64,000 nucleotides of DNA from Octopus vulgaris (lineage: Eukaryota), in assembly GCA_951406725.2 (NCBI GenBank), contig OX597817.1:175956001-176020000 (forward strand), read 5' to 3'. Positions 53,272-64,000 of this stretch are shown here, one piece after another. Each line of letters opens with the position of its first letter. The stretch's first letter is position 1. A program made the translations under genes and the position numbers. The notes under the pieces were generated by a model. That model saw nothing but the letters and a program-made list of their open reading frames with translations. It was not told the origin of the DNA and did not search any database.

Positions 53272-54135
53272 AAAGCCTGGAACTTTGCCGGAGAAGGCTA
53301 GTCGATTACATCAACCCCAGGGCTCAACTGATACTTATTTCATTGGCCCCGAGAGGATAAATGGCAACGTCAATTCCGGGCAGCATTTGGACTCAAAATG
53401 TAAAGTCGGAAGAAACGCCGCAAAGCAGTTTTTCCAGCGCAGTAACGATTCTGCCAGCTTTGCCGCCGAAACTAGTTACATAACATTGGTTTCAAATTTT
53501 GGTACAAGGCCAGCAATTTCAGGAGTGAAACAGTTACATCGACCCCCAGTGCCCAGAAGTATGAAAGGAAAAGTCGATCTTGGTGGAATTCGAACACAAA
53601 ACGTAAAGACAGACGAAATGATGCTAAGCATTTTGACCGGCTGCTAACGATTCTGCCTGCTTGCAGCCTTGTTAGTTCCATAATATTAACACCTAATTTC
53701 ACGTTGCAATCCACTCATTTTTAGATATCATTTATTCCATACATATAAATGAAAGTAGTTTTTAGAATGTTCTTTTCTTTCATCTGCGGGTTTTAAAAAC
53801 AGCTCCAGTTCTCTCTGCATCGTCTTTTCTTAGCCAAATAAGTATCAGTTAAATACTAGAGTTGATTATATTGACTATCCCCTCATCTTTCAAAACAGCA
53901 AACTTTGTACAAGAAAATCAGAAACTGTCATAATTGTTTATGCGGTTAGCTGGCAGAATCGTTAGCACGACTTACGGCATTTCTTCTGGCTTTACAATCA
54001 CAATTCAAATTCCGCCGAGGTCGAATTTGCCTTTTACTCTTTCGAGGACGATAAAATAAATGTCAGTTGAGCATTGGAGTCGATCTAATGAACTCCTCCT
54101 TCAAAATTGCAAGCCTTGTGACAAAAATCAGAAAC
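53272..54135. mobile_element. cluster of degenerate SINE family B copies (two minus, one plus)
   Basis: Matches at about 53272-53468 (-), 53490-53670 (-) and 53945-54135 (+). Confidence 0.65.
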
Positions 54136-54589
54136 TATTTTTATTGTTTAGCACTAAGGTAGCATTCATCCTGTCATCTGCCTTGAATGCGTTCTAGCTT
54201 TAGCCATTCTATCCAATGCAACTTTTTTTCCAGATATTGAATAGCAAGATCTAGAACTAAATTTACCAATGGGCCCGTCTATATTTAAGACGGCAATATG
54301 TGAATTTTAAATCGATTTGGTTTCTATTTATAAGTAATCTAAATAAACAAGTATGAACACGAACCTTTCGTTTACATATCTTTACTCCAAGAATAGAAGA
54401 ATGCACAAATGATAGAATAGAGGAATAGAAGAAAAATACACGAAGATCGAAAAAAAAGAACCATGAAAAATACAAGTTTTTCTGAAGAGGAGAGTCATGT
54501 AGTTAATTATTAATTAAATAAGACGGCAAAATTGCTGAAATTGAATCAACATCATTCTCACACATTGAGAAATTATGACAACGAGAAAC

Positions 54590-54675
<86 letters not shown>

Positions 54676-54789
54676 AACCTAGGTACATTATGGTATAAAT
54701 CGATATAGTTCTAATGATTATCAGTTCGGCGTTTTGTAACATCAAATGCAAACTAATAGAGACAGACAAACAGACAGATACCAGACAGA

Positions 54790-54802
54790 CAGATAGATAG
54801 AT

Positions 54803-54842
<40 letters not shown>

Positions 54843-54924
54843 ATAGATAGATAGATATAGATAGATAGATAGATAGAAAGATAGATAGATAAATAGATAG
54901 ATAGATAGAGTGAGAGAGAGATAA

Positions 54925-54989
<65 letters not shown>

Positions 54990-55022
54990 AAGATAGATAG
55001 ATAAATAGATAAATAGATAGAT

Positions 55023-55089
<67 letters not shown>

Positions 55090-55098
55090 TAGACAGAC

Positions 55099-55174
<76 letters not shown>

Positions 55175-55215
55175 TGATAGATAGAGTGAGAGAGATAGAT
55201 AAATAGATAGATAGA
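54790..55215. repeat. (AGAT)n/(AG)n compound microsatellite
   Basis: Direct reading. Confidence 0.95.
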
Positions 55216-55833
55216 GATTGAGAGAGATAATGTGTGTGAGAGAGAAAGCGAAAGAGAGAGAGGGGGGAAGAGAGACAGGGAAGACAGTAAAAAGGTGAAA
55301 ATGAAAGAATAAAGAGTAGAATAAAGCAAAAGAGTTGGAAAATTAAAGGCTCTTTTAGCAAATCTCTTTGATTCCTTCTCTGTTCTTCCCTTCTCTTTTT
55401 AATCACAGACACGCAGAAATACATCTGCATATGCGAACACAACATATTTTACACATGCATGGACAAATATATTCTTAGACACATGAACATTCACTTATTC
55501 AAACATGCATATTTATATATAAACATCTAACGTATATGCATGCATAGATGTGAGGATGCGAACATGCATACAATAATACGTGCATATGTGCAAACTTGCA
55601 TGCATGTGTACATGCAAACACACGTTGATACATATATGCAAGCGTATTCGTGCCTACATACATGCATACATGGATGCAGTCATCATGCATGCATGCGTAG
55701 ATGCACACATGCATGCATGCATACACAGGACCGCGCGCATATTCAAACATGCATGCATGCATACATACTTATATGCAAACATAGACATAGATACATACAA
55801 ATACTCACATGAATACATATACATACATATACT

Positions 55834-55925
<92 letters not shown>

Positions 55926-56112
55926 CAACGTGCATAAATATATCCATGCAAAGATATACACGCATGCACACAAACATGCACACAAACATGCACACAAACA
56001 TGCACACAAACATGCCTGCATACATAGGTACATGCGTGCATATAAACAAGCATAAATACATACATAGTTGCTCATAAATATAGAGACAGACAGGCATACA
56101 TACTAAACACCT

Positions 56113-56161
56113 CTATACATACATACATATATACATAAACACACGTACATACATACATATA

Positions 56162-56255
<94 letters not shown>

Positions 56256-57235
56256 CACACATATATACACACATACATACACACATACATACATACATAC
56301 ATACACATACATACATACATACATACATACATACATACATACATACATACATACATACAGACAGACAAGCATACATACATACATACATACATACATACAT
56401 ACATACATACATACATACATACATACATACATACATACATACATACATACATACATACATACATACATAAACACACGTACATACATACATATATACATAC
56501 ATACATACGTACATACATACATACATACATACATACATAAACACACGTACATACATACATATATACATACATACATAAACACACGTACATACATACATAT
56601 ATACATACATACATACATACACACATACATACATACATAAACACACGTACATACATACATACATAAACACACGTACATACATACATATATACATACATAC
56701 ATACATACATACATACATACATACTTACATACTTACATACATACATACATACATACATACATGCATACATACATACATACATACATACATACATACATAA
56801 ACACACGTACATACATACATATATACATACATACATAAACACACGTACATACATACATATATACATACATACATACATACATACATACATACATACATAA
56901 ACACACGTACATACATACATATATACATACATACATAAACACACGTACATACATACATATATACATACATACATACGTACATACATACATACATACATAC
57001 ATACATACATAAACACACGTACATACATACATATATACATACATACATAAACACACGTACATACATACATATATACATACATACATACATACATACATAC
57101 ATACATACATACATACATACATACATACATACATACATACATAAACACACGTACATACATACATATATACATACATACATAAACACACGTACATACATAC
57201 ATATATACATACATACATACATACATGCATACATG
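56113..57235. repeat. (TACA)n array with higher-order variant units
   Basis: Recurrent aaacacacg marker, often in pairs 38 bp apart. Confidence 0.9.
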
Positions 57236-57504
57236 CACACACGCACATACATACATACATGCATACATACAGACGTTCATAATTAAACATATCGCGTTGC
57301 ACACACACATACGCACTTACAATCGTACACACACACACACGTACACACGCACACAGACACACACACACATACACACACATACACATATATACACTCACAC
57401 AGACACATACACACGCACGTACGCATTTATCACACCAGTACACACAAGCATGAGCACACATTTAAACAACCGCGCGAGCAAATGTTAAAGAAATGGTAGC
57501 AGCA

Positions 57505-58185
<681 letters not shown>

Positions 58186-58429
58186 ACTGACAACAAAAAA
58201 ATAAGGAAATGACAAAAAGCCCAATCGATAGTTAGTAATGAACTATCACAACACACAGAACACTCAGATTATGACCTTGTTTTGATTGGAGAAGTTCCTG
58301 TGAAAATAGCAGACAACTGCGGTGTGTTTAACTATTGTGCTATCAAGCAGCGGACGTCCCTGTTTGTATTTTTAACTCATTTGTTTTGGTTTTAGTGTGT
58401 ATGTTTAAAGGAAGGTGGGGAAGAGAGTA

Positions 58430-59605
58430 GGTGAAGAAAGTGAAGATGAAGGAGAATGAGGAAGAGAAGGAGACAAAGAGAGTGGAGGAGATGAAGAAGA
58501 AAAAGAAGCAAAGAAGAAGAGGAGAGGAGGTGGAAGAAGATGAGGAAGAAGAAGAGGAGGCAGAAGGATAGTTGGTGGAAGGGGAAGAAAAAGAAGAAGA
58601 GAAGGAGAAGAAGAAGAAGAAGAAAAAGTAGTGGATGGGGAGGGGGGAGAAAGAAAAAGAGAAGGAAGAAAAGGAAGTAGAAGAAGAAAGAAGAAGAGGA
58701 CGAGGAAGAAGAAGAAGAGAAGGAGAAGAAGAAAAAGAAGTAAAGGGGAGGAGGGGGAGGAGGAGGAGAAAGAAGAGAAGGAAGACGAGGGAGAAAAGGA
58801 AGAAGAAGAAGAAGAAGAAGAAGAAGAAGAAGAAGAAGAAGAAGAAGAAGAAGAAGAAGAAGAAGAAGAAGAAGAAGAAGAAGAAGAAGAGGCAGAAAAA
58901 GAAGAAGAAGAAGAAGAAGAAGAAGAGGCAGAAAAAGAAGAAGAAGAAGAAGAAGAAGAAGAAGAAGAAGAAGAAGAAGAAGAAGAGGCAGAAAAAGAAG
59001 AAGAGAGAAGAAAAAGAAGAAGAAGAAGAAGAAGAAGAAAAAGAAGAAGAAGAAGAAAAAGAAGAAGAAGAAGAAGAGGCAGAAAAAGAAGAAGAGAGAA
59101 GAAAAAGAAGAAGAAGAAGAAGAAGAAGAAAGAAGAAGAAGAAGAAAAAGAAGAAGAAGAAGAAGAAGAAGAAGAAGAAGAAGAAGAAGAAGAAGAAGAA
59201 GAAGAAGAAGAAGAAGAAGAAGAAGAAGAAGAAGAAGAAGAAGAAGAAGAAGAAGAAGAAGAATAAAAAGAAGAAGAAGAAGAAGAAGAAGAAGAATAAG
59301 AAAGAAGAAGAAGAAGAAGAAGAAGAAGAAAAGAAGAAGAAGAACGAAGAAGAAGAAGAAGAAGAAGAAGAAGAAGAAAAAGAAGAAGAAGAAGAAGAAG
59401 AAGAAGAAGAAAAAGAAGAAGAAGAAGAAGAAGAAAAGAAGAAGAAGAAGAAGAAGAAGAAGAAGAAGAAGAAGAAGAAGAAGAAGAAGAAGAAGAAGAA
59501 GAAGAAGAAGAAGAAGAAGAAGAAGAAGAAGAAGAAGAAGAAGAAGAAGAAGAAGAAGAAGAAGAAGAAGAAGAAGAAGAAGAAGAAGAAGAAGAAGAAG
59601 AATCG
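58430..59605. repeat. about 1.2-kb purine-rich, (GAA)n-dominated tract
   Basis: Direct reading. Long pure GAA runs from about 58800. Confidence 0.95.
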
Positions 59606-61000
59606 AAAGAATGTTTGAGGGATCCAGAGAATATGAAGAATCAAAAAAAAAAAGAGGAAAAAGTAGAGGAAATGATTAAATTGAAGAAAGCAGCAAAGAC
59701 TGAGGGGGAAGGATGCAGAACGAAGGAGCATTGATGAGAAGCTGCAAATGGCGGATAGGAAGATGATGAAGAAGTTGACATAGATGAACAGTAACCGTAA
59801 CGTAGCTGGAACAACAACAACAGCAAACAATGTAGAATGAGAATCGCACATGGCTCGAGGATAAGAGTAACTGTGATATGGTAGCAACACTACTAAATAA
59901 ATAAACGAATGATGCTGATGCTGATAATGGTAATAATGATGAAGACGACGACGACGACGACTGTGATAATGACGACGACAATGGCTCTGAAGGCAATAAT
60001 GATGAGAGCGAAAATCATAGTGGAAGATGATGATAATGAGGAAAAGGAGAAGTAGTAAGAGAAATGAAGATGATGACGACGGCGACAATGGTGATGATAA
60101 ATTGATGTTGGTGATGTCAGATTCCATCTGTTACAGATGGCATGTGTCACAGCTTGTGTCACATTTGGTTCGTAGATGAATCTATACCGGCCAACACCAC
60201 CCATTTTAGAACTGTCGATTTTTTCCTGGTGACGTTGCGGTATAAGCTGGTTTGTTGGTGATAGCTGCTTTTGAATGTATTTTCTGTTAGCCCTATATAG
60301 CAGGTTGACAATGTTAGAGGATATACCACTGTGGAACACTGTATTTCTTTCAAACATATTACCCTTCATAGCGCAAGTATCTAAGCTACGACACTTTCAT
60401 GTTGGTTATTCTCGTTGTTAGCGTTATTGCTCCTAATACAGCTAAATCTCCCTTTTATACTTTTCGTGTTGAACAGTTGGCAGAATTGATTACTAAGAGG
60501 GAGTGATTTTGCAGAACTTTATTTTACTCAGACGGTGTACGGTGGGTTGTACCATATCACATTTTTATTCCTTCAGCAGTCGTATATGCCTCTGGTGAAT
60601 ATTTTATTTTGTCTTAGTGGTGATTGCGTTGCAGCGTCTCGTCTAGTATTTTATGGCTTTATTGAAAGTGGCATCGTCCGAGGATAAGAAAATTTAAAAT
60701 CTTACTGATGTTCGGAAATTGTTTTGATTTTCGTGGTGTTGTTTTGTTTTCTGTATGAATCATGGGAGCCCAAGGAACAGTCCAAGAAGATTTTTCCTTG
60801 TCAATTTTGCTTCAACTATCATCTTCAGGCCCAATCAGCTGAAAATTGCGTGCTAATTGTAAGTCCGCTTACATCATTATCCTTCATTAATCAATCATTA
60901 TGTGTACAAACTCTCACTTTATTCGTCGGACTGATTTTGAAATCAACCCTTACAGCCACACTTGTATACATAAATGCACACACACACAGATATAATTATT

Positions 61001-61098
<98 letters not shown>

Positions 61099-61519
61099 TG
61101 TATATATGAATAATATGTATATGCATATATACATACATCTAAACTGGAATGAAACAGCATGTTGTTTGTCTATCTCCTTAACTTCTTGGAGATGTTAGGT
61201 ATAATTATACTAATGTGTCTATCTGTTCTAATTTAATAAAATTCCACGTCTTTGTGCAGCTGAAGATTGCTCTGCATTTTAAATTGATGTAATGATTGCA
61301 TTGTTCAATTAAATGGAGCTGCATGAAACGATCGTACTGCATTACCTCAGGATATCCTTGTTGCATATTTGGATTTTAATTACCTTACTTTGAAAGTGTA
61401 TGGATAATACTGTGCTAAATTCTGGTGCCTCAACTTAAGTACCATATTCATCTGAGTCTCTCTCTCTCTCTCGCATATCATATATGCATGCATATATGAT
61501 ACACATACATGTATATGTA

Positions 61520-61686
<167 letters not shown>

Positions 61687-61937
61687 GCATATATATGTAT
61701 ATATACGTATATATATATATACATATATAAACATATATGTATATAAATGATAAATAATTATATGTTATTGCTGTTTATCTGCATATAAAAGAAATGAAAT
61801 ATCAAAGAATATTGATAAAACATAACTTTCATATAAATGAAAGTCTATCGCAATCTGTATGAATTTATGATAGGAAATGTGTGACGGATCTGCAGATCAA
61901 CTTTAGAAAAAATACATAAGACTTGGGGATAGAACAG

Positions 61938-62063
<126 letters not shown>

Positions 62064-62109
62064 TGTGTGTACATATATATATATATACACACATATATAT
62101 TCATATATA

Positions 62110-63531
62110 CAGTTGCGGCCAAAATGATCAGAACGGTTGAAAAAATAACAAAATAATCAAAAAGTGACAGAGAATGCTGGAATTATTTCATATCTAGTGT
62201 GAAGCCCTTTAACTTCAATCAAAGTTTGACATTTTGACTGCATGGAGAAATTAAATTTTCAATTTATTGCTGGGTGATCTTATTCCATTCTTCCTGAAGG
62301 GCATTCCATAATTGCTCGGTTGTTTTAGGATTTCTGGCTTTCAAACGTTCTCCTAGAATATTCCACACATTTTCAACAGGATTGAGGTCTGGGCTTTGAG
62401 CAGGCCAATCCATAACAATAACCTTTTCAGCCTTGAGGAAGTTCATGACCACCTTAGCCTTGTGACATGGGACATTGTCCTGCATGAATATGGGTGGTCG
62501 GTTAGTTGAATTTCTCAGCACAGGCAAGACATGATCTTTTAGAAGTGAAGTTTTTTATAAACTCCTGCATTTACCTTTCCATGTTTTCGCAGCAAAAGGG
62601 CCCACAACATCTCCAGATATCATCCCCCAAACCATGACACTTCCTCCACCGAATTTAACACTAGTCTTAAGGCATTTAGGTGACAATTTTTCACCTGCTT
62701 TTCCCATCTGAGCCAAATAACATAGACTTAGATTCATCACTGAAATGCACCGTTTGCCATTTTTCTTGAGACCACAACACATGTTCGGTTGCAAAGGTAA
62801 GACGACACTTTTTATTTTTGGAGCTGATCAGTGGCTTCACTGCAGGTGCTCTTGCTTGTAGGTCATGTTCAACTAAAGGACGAGACACAGTTTTTCGAGA
62901 TAAAGTTTTCTTCAGTACATTGCTCATTTCCCGAAAAACAGCAGCAGCAGTTTTAAATCTGTCCTTTTTAACCAACTTTACCATAGCATGATCTTCTCTC
63001 TTGGTCGTTTTTCTTGGCCTACCTGTAGACTTTCTTGCTTCACACGAACAACAATCATCGTAGACCTTAAGAATACCGTGAACAACACTTTTTGACTTGT
63101 TAACAATCTTTGCAATAGACCTAATACTTAAATTATCCTTCTTTCGAAGCTTAATAATCTGCTGACGAATTGGTAACGGAGTAAGTGGCAATTATATTAA
63201 CAAAGTACACTGCAAATATTCTTACTAATGTTTAGTAAACGAACCGTCACATAAACAAATTCAAAACATTAGAGTTTGACGGTTAAATATACTAAAACAT
63301 GGAGTAAAAGCAACCGTTCTGATAAATTTGGCCGCCATGGGTTTTGCAGTAAATCACTAAATCATCCATAACTTTTTTATTATCCTCTCAAATTACACCA
63401 AAATCTCAGACAATAACAAATAATATCGTAATTATTGTCTGTGAAAATTATAGAATATAAAACAACTTTGATAAAAACTTATACCTACTTTTCTGACGAA
63501 AACAATGCCGTTCTGAACATTTTGGCCGCAA

Positions 63532-63534
<3 letters not shown>
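62110..63534 (-). mobile_element. Tc1-family transposon (IR/DR-type end), frameshifted DD34E transposase
   Basis: TIRs cagttgcggccaaaatgatcagaacgg / ccgttctgaacattttggccgcaactg with TA flanks and an inner repeat at about 63313-63337. HTH, TGRPRK, FSDES, KFGGGSVMVWG, QDNVPCH, SPDLNPVEN. Confidence 0.92.
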
Positions 63535-63580
<46 letters not shown>

Positions 63581-63847
63581 GAAGGCAGACACAAGACAGA
63601 GACAGAGAGGGATATTCAGATATACAGACGACAGACAAGCAGACAGGCAGACAGAAGGATAGATAGACAGGTAGATACAGACATAGAAAAAAGCACGGAA
63701 AGAGATAGGTGGGGGAGGAGAAAAGAGAAGGATATAAAGAATGAAAAATCTCTATTGTCAACATTTGCCAATCTTGCTCAGGTCTCACACAACAGTTTGG
63801 GATTTTCGTGTTATTCTTTCTACTGGAATAGCAGTCTTTACTTTGCA

Positions 63848-63962
<115 letters not shown>

Positions 63963-64000
63963 TGGATGGATGCATATATGTGCGCGTATGTGCATATCTT

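Noticed and set aside
56072-57461. Long MYVC-repeat ORFs, and all similar YI/HT/VC ORFs in the track
   Set aside because: Translations of TA, CA and TACA microsatellites.
58343-60127. 594-aa ORF and the overlapping poly-K/poly-E ORFs
   Set aside because: Open only because (GAA/TTC)n lacks stop codons; no domain signal.

Overview
AT-rich, microsatellite-dense animal genomic DNA with no recognisable host protein-coding exon. The repeat content resembles octopus (coleoid cephalopod) DNA; that assignment is an inference from memory of these repeat families, not a database result. The window is almost entirely transposon-derived. It holds two tail-to-tail CR1/L2-group LINEs (29.0-37.7 kb), a Dong/R4-type RLE LINE in a (TAA)n tract, and Tx1, RTE and RLE fragments. 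It also holds three Penelope-like elements (PLEs; RT and/or GIY-YIG), two Tc1 transposons, several MITEs, three non-autonomous Helitrons and three tRNA-headed SINE families. The most striking signal is about 13 hammerhead-ribozyme (HHR) motifs from several distinct sequence families, mostly in inverted (fold-back) structures within (TA)n or (TAA)n tracts. The best case is a 2.05-kb non-coding element (43521-45576) made of near-identical 493-bp tandem units in two opposed arrays, each full unit carrying an intact type I HHR. This is a candidate retrozyme-like, circular-RNA-producing element, probably mobilised by PLEs. Most ORFs in the supplied track are microsatellite artefacts. All coordinates were read by eye and may be off by a few bases.
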